Below, piece after piece: positions 1 through 10,754 of a DNA stretch of 64,000 nucleotides. The stretch spans positions 1,753-65,752 of the forward strand of contig SUVA01000006.1 in the NCBI GenBank assembly GCA_015062245.1. Reading direction: 5' to 3'. This DNA comes from Alphaproteobacteria bacterium. Lineage in GTDB: Bacteria; Pseudomonadota; Alphaproteobacteria; CAAHEQ01; UBA3637. Under the pieces are notes generated by a model. That model worked only from the letters and a program-made list of their open reading frames with translations, was not told the origin of the DNA and did no database searches. Position 1 is the first letter of the stretch. Each line of letters begins with the position of its first letter. Position numbers and translations under genes: made by a program.

Positions 1-633
1 GTGGGTGATAAAATTATTTCCATTAATGATAGACAGGTTGCGGATTTTTCGGATATTGGCCGTATTGTGCGCTTGGTTGAATATGGAAAATCTTTAAAAA
101 TCAATATATTAAGAAACGATATTCAACAAGAACTAACAGTGGAACCCATTTGGGAAACAAAACACCAATTGCCTTTGCTGGGTGTTCAATCTTTGGTTGA
201 TAATTATCAGGTTGAAGAAAAGCTTGGTTTTATTGAATCTGTTTCTTTATCGGCCGAAACTTTATGGAATGTAACGGTTGATACCTTGCGTTATTTGGGG
301 CAAATTATAACTGGGGCTCGTGTTCCACGTGATTTGAGGGGGCCTTTGGGGATTGCCGAGGCGTCGGGAGATGCGTTGATGGGTGGATGGATTGTTTTAA
401 TCGGTTTTATTGCCAATGTATCCATTGCCATTGGTTTGATGAATTTGTTGCCGATTCCTGTTTTGGACGGTGGGCATTTAATGCTTTATGCGGTTGAAGC
501 TGTTCGTCGTAAGCCTTTGTCGGAAAAAATACAAAATCGCTTGGTTTATACAGGCCTTTCGTTTTTGTTGGTTATTTTTGCGTATTCAATGTTTTTGGAT
601 GTTCCACGTATTATCAAAAGGATCTTTGAATGA
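1..633 (+). CDS. rseP: RIP metalloprotease RseP, 5'-truncated at window edge
   Basis: PDZ-like N-part, then GPLGIAE and NLLPIPVLDGGHL (M50 family motif); directly upstream of bamA. Confidence 0.93.
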   Translation: MGDKIISINDRQVADFSDIGRIVRLVEYGKSLKINILRNDIQQELTVEPIWETKHQLPLLGVQSLVDNYQVEEKLGFIESVSLSAETLWNVTVDTLRYLGQIITGARVPRDLRGPLGIAEASGDALMGGWIVLIGFIANVSIAIGLMNLLPIPVLDGGHLMLYAVEAVRRKPLSEKIQNRLVYTGLSFLLVIFAYSMFLDVPRIIKRIFE

Positions 634-2891
634 AAAAATTAAAATATACTTTACCAATATTTGCTTTGATGGCTTTTTCTGTTCAGGCAGAAGAATTGGA
701 AAAAATCAATATTTCGGGAACACGCCGAATTGAAAATTCAACGGTGATGAGTTATTTGGGTCTTAAAAAAGGCGATGATGTTATGACAGAAGATTGGAAT
801 CGTGCTTCTCAAACATTATTTGCCACAGGTTTGTTTTCGGATGTAAAAATTGACTTTGAAGACGGAGTTGCCCAAATTGATGTGGTGGAAAATCCCATTG
901 TTCATGATGTGTTTTTTGAAGGCAATAAATCATTGGATGACGATATTTTAAAGGTGGAAGTTTTATTAAAATCCGGCGATACTTTTACCAAAAGAAAATT
1001 GCAAAAAGATGCGGACCGTTTGTTGGAAATTTATAAAAGACACGGGCGCTATGCTGCTTCAATCAAACCGACCTATCGTGAATTAGAACAAAATCGTGTG
1101 GATGTCGTTTTTGAAATTTCAGAAGGCGAAAAAGCCATGGTTAAACAAATCAATTTTGACGGTAATCAGGCCTATTCGGATTCTGATTTAAAAGATAAAA
1201 TGATGACTCAGGAAAAAGCCTGGTATCGTTTCTTGTCGTCCACGGATACCTATGATCCGGATCGCTTTAACTATGATCAGGAATTGATTCGTCGTTTTTA
1301 TTTGCAAAACGGTTATTTGGATTTTGAAATTGTGCGTTCTATGGCCGAATTAATGCCGGATAAAGAAGGCTTTGTTTTAACCATTCAATTAAACGAAGGT
1401 GAAAAATATCATGTTTCGGATGTGGATATTCAGGTTCAGTTGCCGGAATATCAGGGTAAAACGGATTTAAAAGACTTGGTTCGTTTGGAAAAAGGTGATA
1501 CGGTTGATGTGGATGAAGTTAATGCTTCGGCTGACGATATCACGGATGCTTTAATCAATGATGGGTATGCTTTTGTGAATGTAACGCCGGATATTATTCG
1601 TGATGATGAAAATAAAACGGCCAAATTGGTTTTCCGTGTGTCCGAAGGCGATAAAGTTTTTGTTCGTCGTATCAATATCAAAGGAAATACACGCACAAAA
1701 GATAAAGTGATTCGTCGTGAATTCAGAATTAAAGAAGGTGATGCCTTTAATGCCTCTAAATTGCGCCGTTCCAAACAACGTGTCAGCGATTTGGATTATT
1801 TTTCAAATGTGGATATGCAAACGATTCCCGTGCCTGAAAATCCATCCATGGTGGATGTTGAAATGTCCTTGGCCGAAAAATCAACAGGTGCTTTTAATAT
1901 TGGTGTGGGTTGGTCGTCCTATGACGGTATGATGTTTGAAACCGGTATTCAGGAAAGAAACATTTTGGGAACAGGTAATATCGCCCGTTTGAATTTGATG
2001 CTCAGCCAAAAAGAAACGCAATACACTTTGGGACTGACCGATCCGTATTTTATGGATTATAATTTATCGGCCGGTATTGATTTGTTCCGCACAACTCGTG
2101 ATAATTCGGATTCATCGTCTTATGAATACGAAACAACCGGCGGAACGGTTCGTTTGGGTTGGGATTATACGGATTATTTGCGCAACAGTGTTTATTATAC
2201 TTTGCGTCAAGACGATATCACCGATATTGATTCTGATGCCGCTTTGGCCATTAAAGAACAAAAAGGTAAAACAAATGTATCATTGTTTGGCCAGGATTTA
2301 ATTTTTGATAAACGTGACAGTCGTATTGACCCGACAACGGGATATTATTTATCCTTAGGTGCCGAAATTGCCGGTCTTGGCGGTGACAGTAAATATTACC
2401 GTGTCAACGCAACGGCCATTCGTTATTTTTCGGTTGTTGAAGATGTTGTCTTTTCTGTGCGAGGAGATGCCGGTCGTGTTTGGGGCTGGGGTGGACAAAA
2501 GGTTCGCATAAATGATCGTTATTTCTTGGGCGATTCTTCTTTGCGTGGTTTTGAATACGGCGGTGTCAGCGCCCGTGATATTGCATCTGATGACGCATTG
2601 GGTGGTAATTGGTACACTTCGGCCAGTGCGGAATTAACTTTCCCGATGGGATTACCCAAGGAAATGGGTATCAAAGGTAAATTATTTACGGATGCCGGCT
2701 ACATTTCAAAACCCGATAATTATGACCCTGAAACAACATATTATTCCAATAAAATACGTGTAGGTGTTGGTACAGGTATTTTATGGGCTTCACCAATGGG
2801 GATAATCAATCTGGACTTCACGTACCCGTTGGTTAAAGAAAAATTTGATAAAACACGTGTGTTCAGATTAAACTTTGGAAAAGGATTTTAA
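630..2891 (+). CDS. bamA: Outer membrane protein assembly factor BamA
   Basis: Signal peptide, POTRA-like repeats (INIKGNTRTKDKVIRRE), LRGF loop motif, C-terminal FNFGKGF. Confidence 0.97.
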   Translation: MKKLKYTLPIFALMAFSVQAEELEKINISGTRRIENSTVMSYLGLKKGDDVMTEDWNRASQTLFATGLFSDVKIDFEDGVAQIDVVENPIVHDVFFEGNKSLDDDILKVEVLLKSGDTFTKRKLQKDADRLLEIYKRHGRYAASIKPTYRELEQNRVDVVFEISEGEKAMVKQINFDGNQAYSDSDLKDKMMTQEKAWYRFLSSTDTYDPDRFNYDQELIRRFYLQNGYLDFEIVRSMAELMPDKEGFVLTIQLNEGEKYHVSDVDIQVQLPEYQGKTDLKDLVRLEKGDTVDVDEVNASADDITDALINDGYAFVNVTPDIIRDDENKTAKLVFRVSEGDKVFVRRINIKGNTRTKDKVIRREFRIKEGDAFNASKLRRSKQRVSDLDYFSNVDMQTIPVPENPSMVDVEMSLAEKSTGAFNIGVGWSSYDGMMFETGIQERNILGTGNIARLNLMLSQKETQYTLGLTDPYFMDYNLSAGIDLFRTTRDNSDSSSYEYETTGGTVRLGWDYTDYLRNSVYYTLRQDDITDIDSDAALAIKEQKGKTNVSLFGQDLIFDKRDSRIDPTTGYYLSLGAEIAGLGGDSKYYRVNATAIRYFSVVEDVVFSVRGDAGRVWGWGGQKVRINDRYFLGDSSLRGFEYGGVSARDIASDDALGGNWYTSASAELTFPMGLPKEMGIKGKLFTDAGYISKPDNYDPETTYYSNKIRVGVGTGILWASPMGIINLDFTYPLVKEKFDKTRVFRLNFGKGF

Positions 2892-2892
2892 A

Positions 2893-3486
2893 ATGAAAAA
2901 AGTAAAATTAGCCGTAAAAAAAGTAAAAGAAAATAAAAAAGCGACAATGATTTGTGGCGGTGTGTTGTTGGCCGGTTTGTTGGGTTGTTGTTCGTGGTTG
3001 GCCATGCGTCCTGAGGTTGGCGTGATTGATTTTAATGTGGTTCAGGAAAAGGCAAAAGTGTATCAGTATATTTTGGCCGAACAAAATAAATATGCCGAAC
3101 AGGTTCGTATTCGTATTATGGCTGATTCCAAAGACATTGAAGCTGATGCCAAAAAATTGGAAGCCAAAAAAGATAAAATGAAACCCGAAGAACTTCAAAG
3201 AAAATTACGTGATTTGGAAAAGAGAGCTTTGAAAGTTCAGGAAAAATATCGTCCGACAATGGAACGTATTATGTTTGCTTCTCAATTGGCTTCAAATTCT
3301 ATCTCTAAGGAAATTATTCAGGTTTTTAAAGAAACAGCAGAATCAGAAGGGATGAAAGTTTTATTGCCCAAAAATAATACATTCCATGCTTGTGAAAGTG
3401 TGGATGTGACGGATGAATTTGTGGAAAATTTGGATAAAGTAATTCAAACAGTTGCTTATCCTGATCCGGCAAAAATCGGTCAATAA
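2893..3486 (+). CDS. skp: OmpH/Skp family periplasmic chaperone
   Basis: Between bamA and lpxD; VGVIDF followed by coiled-coil; ATG at 2893 preferred over 2875. Confidence 0.75.
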   Translation: MKKVKLAVKKVKENKKATMICGGVLLAGLLGCCSWLAMRPEVGVIDFNVVQEKAKVYQYILAEQNKYAEQVRIRIMADSKDIEADAKKLEAKKDKMKPEELQRKLRDLEKRALKVQEKYRPTMERIMFASQLASNSISKEIIQVFKETAESEGMKVLLPKNNTFHACESVDVTDEFVENLDKVIQTVAYPDPAKIGQ

Positions 3487-3497
3487 GGAGTTGGATT

Positions 3498-4577
3498 ATG
3501 GCAGATGCACGTTTTTTCCATAAAATTGAAGGTGGTCTTACTTTGGCGAAATTGGCCGAAGTCGGTGAAGTTGTTTTGCCCGAAGGCATTGATGCCAATA
3601 AAACATTTTATGATGTAGCGGATTTGGAAAATGCCACGGAAAATGATGTTTCTTGGGCTTTTATTCCGGCTGTTCGGAATGCTTTGAAAAACACCAAAGC
3701 CGGTGCCGTTATTGTACCGGAAAAATTTAAAGAATATGTACCAAGTGGTACAGTTGCTTTGATATCCCAAGATGCCCATCGTTCTTATGGATTGGTGGCC
3801 TCTGCCTTTTATCCCAGAAATTTTGAAGCGGGTATTTCGTCATCTGCTCATGTGGATCCGACCGCCAAAATCGGTGCAGGTTGCCGTATTGCGGCCGGTG
3901 CTGTCATTGAAAAAAATGTGATTTTGGGTGATGGTTGCGACATTCATGCCAACGCCGTGATAGAAGAGGGCGTTCAAATGGGGGCTTTATGTACGGTTGG
4001 TGCCAATGCCACTGTTTCCCATTGTATTGCGGGGCATAAAGTTTATATTTATCCTGGTGCTCAGGTGGGGCAAGACGGTTTCGGTTTTGCTATGTCGCCC
4101 ACAAAAGGCCCGCAAAAATGTCCGCAATTGGGGCGTGTAATTATCGGTGATGATGTTGAAATTGGTTCATGTACCACAGTGGACAGAGGGGCCATGGGCG
4201 ATACTGTTATCGGTTCGGGTACCCGTATTGATAATCTTTGTCAAATTGCACACAATGTTAAATTGGGACGTTGCTGTGTCATCGTGGCACAAAACGGTAT
4301 TGCGGGAAGCTGTGAGTTTGGCGATGGTGTTGTGTCTGCTGGTCAAGTGGGTTATGCCGGTCATTTAAAAATCGGATCAGGCGCCCAAATCGGTGCCAAA
4401 TCCGGTGTGATGAGCAATGTTGAACCCATGAAGAAAATGATGGGCGCACCGGCACAAGAAGGTCATGAATTTATGCGTCAAATGGTGGCTTTGCGTGGTT
4501 TGACAAAAAAGAAAACAACCCAAGTGAAAGCCGATGCCAAGATTTGGTTTTGGAAAAAGTTTATCAAGAAAGGCTAA
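3498..4577 (+). CDS. lpxD: UDP-3-O-acylglucosamine N-acyltransferase
   Basis: Hexapeptide repeats, [18 protein letters not shown]. Confidence 0.96.
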   Translation: MADARFFHKIEGGLTLAKLAEVGEVVLPEGIDANKTFYDVADLENATENDVSWAFIPAVRNALKNTKAGAVIVPEKFKEYVPSGTVALISQDAHRSYGLVASAFYPRNFEAGISSSAHVDPTAKIGAGCRIAAGAVIEKNVILGDGCDIHANAVIEEGVQMGALCTVGANATVSHCIAGHKVYIYPGAQVGQDGFGFAMSPTKGPQKCPQLGRVIIGDDVEIGSCTTVDRGAMGDTVIGSGTRIDNLCQIAHNVKLGRCCVIVAQNGIAGSCEFGDGVVSAGQVGYAGHLKIGSGAQIGAKSGVMSNVEPMKKMMGAPAQEGHEFMRQMVALRGLTKKKTTQVKADAKIWFWKKFIKKG

Positions 4578-4580
4578 AAA

Positions 4581-5369
4581 ATGACAAAAATTCATCCGTC
4601 CAGTATTGTGGATTCAAAGGCCGAATTGGCTGATGATGTTGAAATCGGTCCATTTTGTACGGTCGGGCCTCAGGTTAAAATCGGTGCCGGTACTCGTTTG
4701 ATTTCACACAATGTAATTGATGGGGATACGGTTGTAGGAAAAGGTAATACCCTTTATCCGTTTGCCAGTTTGGGACTTCCTTGTCAACATAAGCGCAACA
4801 AAGCATCTGATTTAAAATTGCGTATCGGGGATGATAACGTATTTCGTGAACATTTTACCGCCCATACAGGATCGGATGTGGATCAAAAGATTACCCGAAT
4901 CGGTTCACGTAACTGGTTTTTGGTGGGATCTCATGTGGCTCATGATTGTATTGTGGGGGATGATATTGTGATGAGCAATAATGCCGGTCTTGCCGGTCAT
5001 GTTGTGGTGGGTAATCGGGCGATTATCGGTGCTATGGCGGGTGTTTTGCAATTTACCCATATTGGTGAAGGGGCTATGATTGGCGGTATGGTCGGAGTCA
5101 TGCGTGATGTTATTCCTTTTGGGATTGTGATGCGTGATGGTTTGGCTGGTTTAAACTTGGTCGGTTTACAACGTGCCGGCGTTGATAAAAAGTTGATTCT
5201 GGAACTACAAACAGCTTATAAGGAACTCTTTTTCGGTGAAGGCATTTTGACCGATAGAATTGCCAAATTGGCCGAACAATATTCGGATCATCCGTTGATT
5301 GGTAAAGTTGTCAGCTTTTGCCAAAATCCATCCAAAAACGGAATCATGCAACCGGAGAAAAAGAAATGA
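4581..5369 (+). CDS. lpxA: Acyl-ACP--UDP-N-acetylglucosamine O-acyltransferase
   Basis: IHPSSIVD start, hexapeptide repeats, HVAHDC. Confidence 0.95.
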   Translation: MTKIHPSSIVDSKAELADDVEIGPFCTVGPQVKIGAGTRLISHNVIDGDTVVGKGNTLYPFASLGLPCQHKRNKASDLKLRIGDDNVFREHFTAHTGSDVDQKITRIGSRNWFLVGSHVAHDCIVGDDIVMSNNAGLAGHVVVGNRAIIGAMAGVLQFTHIGEGAMIGGMVGVMRDVIPFGIVMRDGLAGLNLVGLQRAGVDKKLILELQTAYKELFFGEGILTDRIAKLAEQYSDHPLIGKVVSFCQNPSKNGIMQPEKKK

Positions 5370-6184
5370 AAAAACTGGGGATTATTGCCGGCGCCGGTGC
5401 TTTGCCACATTGTTTGATTGAAGCATGTGAAAGAATGCATCGGGACTTTTATGTTCTGGGCTTGAAAGGTCAGGCAAACCCCAAAGAATACGATAAAGCG
5501 CTTCCGATGTCTTGGATTCGTTTGGGGTCGGTTGGTAAAGCTTTTCGTATATTTAAAAAACAAAAGGTTCAAGAGGTTGTCTTTATCGGTGCGGTAAAAC
5601 GTCCGTCTTTGATTGGCTTATGGCCTGATTTTCGGGGGATTAAAACACTTGCTAAGTTGAGCTTGAAGGCTTTGGGTGATGACGGATTATTAAAGTTTAT
5701 CGTCAAAGAGGTTGAATCCGAAGGCATGAAGGTGGTCGGTATTGATGATATTTTACCGCAACTGTTGGCCAAAAAAGGCGTTTATACACGTTTGGTTCCC
5801 ACCCCCCAAGATTCCGTTGATATTAAACGTGGTATGGAAGTGGCTCATTTATTGGGTAAAGCAGATGTCGGTCAAAGTGTTATAGTGCAACAAGGCTTGG
5901 TTTTATCGGTAGAAGGGATTGAAGGAACGGATGCTTTAATACGCCGTTCGGCCGATTTAAAGCGTCGTGGTGGTGGCGGTGTCTTGGTTAAAATGTGCAA
6001 ACCGCAACAGGACAGACGTATGGATTTGCCGACAATCGGTCCGCAAACGGTTCAATCCGTTAAAAATGCGGGATTTTCAGGTATCGCCATTCAGGCGGGG
6101 GCTGTTTTAATTTCTCAATCCGAACAAACTGTTAAATTGGCCAATCAATTGGGAATCTTTATTATCGGGGTGGAATCAAAATGA
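5366..6184 (+). CDS. lpxI: UDP-2,3-diacylglucosamine pyrophosphatase LpxI
   Basis: KLGIIAGAGALP, DVGQSV, EGIEGTD, QDRRMDLPTIG; ATG 5366 overlaps the lpxA stop. Confidence 0.93.
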   Translation: MKKLGIIAGAGALPHCLIEACERMHRDFYVLGLKGQANPKEYDKALPMSWIRLGSVGKAFRIFKKQKVQEVVFIGAVKRPSLIGLWPDFRGIKTLAKLSLKALGDDGLLKFIVKEVESEGMKVVGIDDILPQLLAKKGVYTRLVPTPQDSVDIKRGMEVAHLLGKADVGQSVIVQQGLVLSVEGIEGTDALIRRSADLKRRGGGGVLVKMCKPQQDRRMDLPTIGPQTVQSVKNAGFSGIAIQAGAVLISQSEQTVKLANQLGIFIIGVESK

Positions 6185-7329
6185 CTTTGCGTGTTTATTT
6201 GATTGCGGGTGAACCTTCGGGGGATTTGTTGGGCTCCCGTTTAATGCGCGCTTTGAAACGTCAAACAAAAGGACAGGTAACCTTTACGGGTGTTGGGGGA
6301 GAAACCATGCATGATGAAGGTTTAAAGTCTTTATTTGATATTCGGGATTTGGCGGTTATGGGATTGTTTGAGGTGATTCCCAGTATCCCGAAAATCTTGG
6401 GTCATTTAAATGAAATTATGGCGGATATTCAAAAGAAAAAGCCGGATATCATTATGACAATAGACAGCTATTCTTTTTCCATTCGGGTGCATAAAAAGTT
6501 AAAAAAATTGAATTTAGGTATTCCACATGTGCATTGTGTGGCACCTCAGGTATGGGCTTGGAAAAAAGGACGTGCTAAAGTTTTACATAAATATATTGAT
6601 CATTTATTTTGTTTATTGCCCAATGAAGAAAAGTATTTTAAGCCTTATGGTTTGAAAACAACTTTTATCGGACATCCCGTCATTGAAGGCGGGGCTGATA
6701 AAGGGTCAGCCAAGGCATTTTTCCAAAAATATCATTTAAATCCAAAAACAAAAGTTGTAATTTTATTACCGGGTAGTCGTAAAAATGAAGTATCTCGTTT
6801 GATGCCGATTTTTAAAGAAGTTTGTGAAAAATTATCCCAAACGTATCCGAATTTATTTGTGGTCATTCCATCGGTTAAAACGGTGGCGCCAACTGTTTGT
6901 GATATGGTTAAACGTTGGCATATTCCCCATACGGTTATTATGGGTGAAAAAAAGCGTTATGATGCATTTGCGGCATCCGATGTGGCGATAGCGGCCAGCG
7001 GAACGGTCAGCTTGGAATTATCCTTGGCGGGAGTGCCTCATTTAATTGCCTATCGTGTGCATCCGATAACAGGGTGGATGGCCAAAAAATTATTAAAGAT
7101 TCGCTTTGTCAACCTAATCAACCTGTTACAAAACAAAGAAGTGATTCCCGAATTATTGCAGGATAACTGTACAGTTGAAAAAATTTATCAACAAACACAA
7201 AAGTTGTTGCAAAATCCAAAACAAAATGTTAAAAAGAGTTTAGATAAATTAAAAACAGATGTTTTACCGTCTGAAAAGATGGCAAAAGTTTTGATAAATT
7301 TAACAAAAAGGAATAAGAATGATAAATAA
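6181..7329 (+). CDS. lpxB: Lipid-A-disaccharide synthase
   Basis: IAGEPSGD, VAPQVWAW, LLPGSR, ASGTVSLE. Confidence 0.96.
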   Translation: MTLRVYLIAGEPSGDLLGSRLMRALKRQTKGQVTFTGVGGETMHDEGLKSLFDIRDLAVMGLFEVIPSIPKILGHLNEIMADIQKKKPDIIMTIDSYSFSIRVHKKLKKLNLGIPHVHCVAPQVWAWKKGRAKVLHKYIDHLFCLLPNEEKYFKPYGLKTTFIGHPVIEGGADKGSAKAFFQKYHLNPKTKVVILLPGSRKNEVSRLMPIFKEVCEKLSQTYPNLFVVIPSVKTVAPTVCDMVKRWHIPHTVIMGEKKRYDAFAASDVAIAASGTVSLELSLAGVPHLIAYRVHPITGWMAKKLLKIRFVNLINLLQNKEVIPELLQDNCTVEKIYQQTQKLLQNPKQNVKKSLDKLKTDVLPSEKMAKVLINLTKRNKNDK

Positions 7330-7999
7330 GGGTTTGTTTTTATACCATTTTCCTTTGGATCCTTTTTGTCGAAAAGTGCGTTTAACTTTGTTGGAAAAAG
7401 GGATGCCTGTCCAATTGGTTTTAACAAAACCGTGGGAAAGAGATCCGAATTTTTTACAGGTCAATCCTTTGGGGACCGTTCCTGTTTTATATGAAACAGA
7501 CGGTCATACTTTATCGGGGCATCAGGCCGTTGCCGAATACCTAAATGAAATCCAACTGACACCGAATTTGTTGGGTGAAACGCCACGGGGCAGGGCCGAA
7601 ATACGTCGTTTAACCCAATGGTTTGACGGACCTTTTTATCAAGATGTTGTCTATCCGATTTTAATGGAAAGATTATTAAAGGTTATTTGGACGCATGAAG
7701 CACCGGATCCTGCATTGATACGGGCAGGGCGTGAAAATTTACAAAAGTATTTGAAATATATTGATTGGTTGGCCGGTCGTCGTTCGTTTTTGGGCGGTCG
7801 TAATTTATCTTTTGCAGATTTGGCGGGCGCTTCGCATTTATCCGTTTTGGATTATTTGGGTGAATTGAATTGGCAAGGATTTGCGGATGCGGCTTTATGG
7901 TATGCCAAAATAAAATCACGCCCGACATTTGCACCGTTATTGGATGATCAGGTGGCGGGTATTTTGCCTTCACCACATTATGGGGATTTGGATTTTTAA
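7319..7999 (+). CDS. fzlA: GST-like FtsZ-binding protein FzlA
   Basis: PFCRKVRL GST N-domain; C-terminal KSRPTFAPLL...HYGDLDF typical of alphaproteobacterial FzlA. Confidence 0.8.
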   Translation: MINKGLFLYHFPLDPFCRKVRLTLLEKGMPVQLVLTKPWERDPNFLQVNPLGTVPVLYETDGHTLSGHQAVAEYLNEIQLTPNLLGETPRGRAEIRRLTQWFDGPFYQDVVYPILMERLLKVIWTHEAPDPALIRAGRENLQKYLKYIDWLAGRRSFLGGRNLSFADLAGASHLSVLDYLGELNWQGFADAALWYAKIKSRPTFAPLLDDQVAGILPSPHYGDLDF

Positions 8000-8014
8000 T
8001 AGGGGGGATATAAA

Positions 8015-8413
8015 ATGAAAAAAGCTTTATGTCTTTTGTTTTTGTTATCAGGTTGTGCCATGATTGAAGAAGGACAAAAAACCTTTTATTGGCAACGCCC
8101 CAATACTGGGGTGGCATGGTTTGCCAAAGATCACAATGAATGTATGCATGAATCCGATTGGTTTCCTTTTGAATGGCCAAAATGGCCTTGGTCGGAAGAA
8201 TCTCCCCGAAAACTAAATTTACGCTTTGATAATGAATCGTCCAGTGGGATTTGGGCGCAATTTGTTCCTTATCCTGGGGCTCAGCCGGTGTATGTGAATT
8301 ATGCCACGGATGATTGGTCAGTGGATTATGATGATTATCAAAGATGTATGGAAGCCCGAAATTATACCCAGCGTATGGCACCCCGTGTCAATTATCAGGT
8401 TTTTCCCGAATAA
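8015..8413 (+). CDS. Hypothetical lipoprotein
   Basis: Lipobox LLSGC after a short hydrophobic leader; SD upstream. Confidence 0.7.
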   Translation: MKKALCLLFLLSGCAMIEEGQKTFYWQRPNTGVAWFAKDHNECMHESDWFPFEWPKWPWSEESPRKLNLRFDNESSSGIWAQFVPYPGAQPVYVNYATDDWSVDYDDYQRCMEARNYTQRMAPRVNYQVFPE

Positions 8414-8422
8414 GGAGTTTAG

Positions 8423-9550
8423 ATGAAAAAAACAATTATGCAGGTTTTACCTTCTTTAAAACAAGGCGGTGTTGAAACAGGAACGATTGAAATAGCATCG
8501 GCTTTACAAAGAAAAAAAATACCAAACATTGTGGTTTCAAATGGTGGGGCGATGGTGGCGCAATTAAAAAAAATGGGCGTGACTCATTTTCAATTACCTG
8601 TTCACTCTAAAAATCCTTTTCAAATGTGGTTAAATTCACGAAAGCTGATTAAAATTGCCCGTGAAAATAATGTGGGTTTGATGCATGTGCGTTCCCGTGC
8701 ACCGGCATGGTCTGTGAAATGGGCCAGCAAAAAATCAGGCATACCTTTTATTGCATCTTATCATGGGATGTATGGTATAAAGCCTGCTGTTAAAAAGCTG
8801 TATAATCGTGTGATGTTACAGGGTAAATGCACAATAGCCGTTTCCGAATGCGTCAAAAAACACCTGATGGATACTTATCAATATCCTGCAAAAAAAATTC
8901 ATGTAATTCATCGTGGGGCTGATTTAAAACGCTTTAATCCTGAACGGATTCAAACAGACGAATTGATTCATTTTGCACAAAAAAATCATATTCCGATGGA
9001 TAAGCCAGTCATTACTTTGGTGGGGCGTTTATCTAAATTAAAAGGGCAAAATTTGTTGTTGCAGGCCTTATCCAAGATGAAACATACGGAATTGACCTGT
9101 TTGTTGGTGGGAGGGAAAGCCAAACCCGAATATGAAAAATTATTACAAGATGAGATTCAAAAATTACCCGATACAATTACTGTTCGGACACTTTCTGTAT
9201 CACCTCAGGAAATTCCGATGATTTATGCCGTATCGGATGTGGTTGTTTCAACTTCAATTGTGCCGGAAACATTCGGTCGTACCATCAGTGAGGCTAATGC
9301 TATGAATCGCGTTGTTGTGGCATTTAATCATGGTGGCCCATCTGAAATTATTCTAGATGGTCAGACTGGTTTTTTAACGCCTGTTGCGGACATCTTGACA
9401 TTGGCAAAAAAATTGGATAAAGTATTGGATATGAAGCCACAGGATAAGAAAAAAATGGAAAAACTTGCCCGTGAACGGACCGAAGCGTTATTTTCCATTG
9501 AAAAAATGTGCGAAACAACATTGAATTTATATAAGGAGATATTAAAATGA
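8423..9550 (+). CDS. Glycosyltransferase family 4
   Basis: GGVETGT, HVRSRAPAW, ETFGRTISEA. Confidence 0.9.
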   Translation: MKKTIMQVLPSLKQGGVETGTIEIASALQRKKIPNIVVSNGGAMVAQLKKMGVTHFQLPVHSKNPFQMWLNSRKLIKIARENNVGLMHVRSRAPAWSVKWASKKSGIPFIASYHGMYGIKPAVKKLYNRVMLQGKCTIAVSECVKKHLMDTYQYPAKKIHVIHRGADLKRFNPERIQTDELIHFAQKNHIPMDKPVITLVGRLSKLKGQNLLLQALSKMKHTELTCLLVGGKAKPEYEKLLQDEIQKLPDTITVRTLSVSPQEIPMIYAVSDVVVSTSIVPETFGRTISEANAMNRVVVAFNHGGPSEIILDGQTGFLTPVADILTLAKKLDKVLDMKPQDKKKMEKLARERTEALFSIEKMCETTLNLYKEILK

Positions 9551-9984
9551 TTTCATTTTTACACAGAAAATTTCCCAAAGAAACGGTGGAAAATGTGGAT
9601 ATGGTTCATAAAAAAAATGCACCATCTATCCGTCCGACAATGGCAGAACGTCACAAATTAAGCCAATTGGAAAAATTGGCCGATCGTTTGGAAAGAATGC
9701 GTTTGGGCGATTATGTGACAAATTTAAATAAAACTTCACGTATTATTTGGTTAAATTTTGTCAGCGGTATTGCCCGTGGTGTCGGCTTAACAATTGGTGC
9801 GACATTAGTTATTGCAATTATCTTTAAAATTATATCAGCGTTGGTCAGTATGAATGTGCCTTATTTAAGCGATATGATGAAAGACGTTCAACAAACATTG
9901 GAAAGTCGTTATGCCCCTGTGTCAACAACTCATCAACCTGTTCGGCACAACAATGAATATGTTCATCCACGCAGAAGAAATTAA
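9547..9984 (+). CDS. DUF5665-like membrane protein
   Basis: NFVSGIARGVGLTIG resembles DUF5665 (from memory, not searched). Confidence 0.6.
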   Translation: MISFLHRKFPKETVENVDMVHKKNAPSIRPTMAERHKLSQLEKLADRLERMRLGDYVTNLNKTSRIIWLNFVSGIARGVGLTIGATLVIAIIFKIISALVSMNVPYLSDMMKDVQQTLESRYAPVSTTHQPVRHNNEYVHPRRRN

Positions 9985-10004
9985 TTTTTATTTAAGGATT
10001 CAAA

Positions 10005-10754
10005 ATGAAACAATCAGATATTAAAGTTGGAATTATCGGTTATGGTGTTATCGGTTCTACATTCAGTCAGTGGTTAAAAGAACATACCCAATGCCGTCAG
10101 GCAATATCTGATCCGCCAAAGGGAATAAATGAAGATTTAACGGGTTGTAATGTCTTTTTTGTTGGGATTCATATTCCGACCGAAGCCGATGGAACACAGG
10201 ATTTAACCCTTTTAAAACAGATCATTTCAAATTTACCACAAGGACCGGTCTTTATCAGGACAACCTTATTACCGGGAACAGCGGATAAATTGACGAATGA
10301 ATTGATGCGACCTGTGTATTTTATGCCTGAATTTTTAACAGAACGTACGGCCTATGCTGATTTTTGTTCTCAGGATGTGGTGATTACAGGCGAACATGAA
10401 TTGATGGATGCGATATTTGCAAACAAAAAACGCTTGTATATGTCCAATATCGAAGCTGAATTGACCAAATATGCCCATAATGTTTTTGGGGCTGTGGCTG
10501 TTACATATTTCAACGGTATTTATGATTTGTGTCAAAAGGCTGGCGCAGAATATGAAAAAGTACGTCAAGGACTTTTGCTCAGTGGTTATATTGCGCCAAC
10601 GCATTCTCATGTGCCGGGGCCCGATGGTAAATTTGGTTATGGTGGAAAATGTTTCCCAAAAGACGTAAATGCCTTTACCGAATACAGCAAAGGAAGCCCT
10701 TTATTCAATCTGTTGGAATCGGTTATCAATGCCAATAAAGTGTTCAGAAACTAA
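10005..10754 (+). CDS. Short UDP-glucose/GDP-mannose dehydrogenase family protein
   Basis: GYGVIG Rossmann motif, PEFL, AELTKY, GYGGKCFPKD; ends before the usual C-terminal UDP-binding domain. Confidence 0.8.
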   Translation: MKQSDIKVGIIGYGVIGSTFSQWLKEHTQCRQAISDPPKGINEDLTGCNVFFVGIHIPTEADGTQDLTLLKQIISNLPQGPVFIRTTLLPGTADKLTNELMRPVYFMPEFLTERTAYADFCSQDVVITGEHELMDAIFANKKRLYMSNIEAELTKYAHNVFGAVAVTYFNGIYDLCQKAGAEYEKVRQGLLLSGYIAPTHSHVPGPDGKFGYGGKCFPKDVNAFTEYSKGSPLFNLLESVINANKVFRN

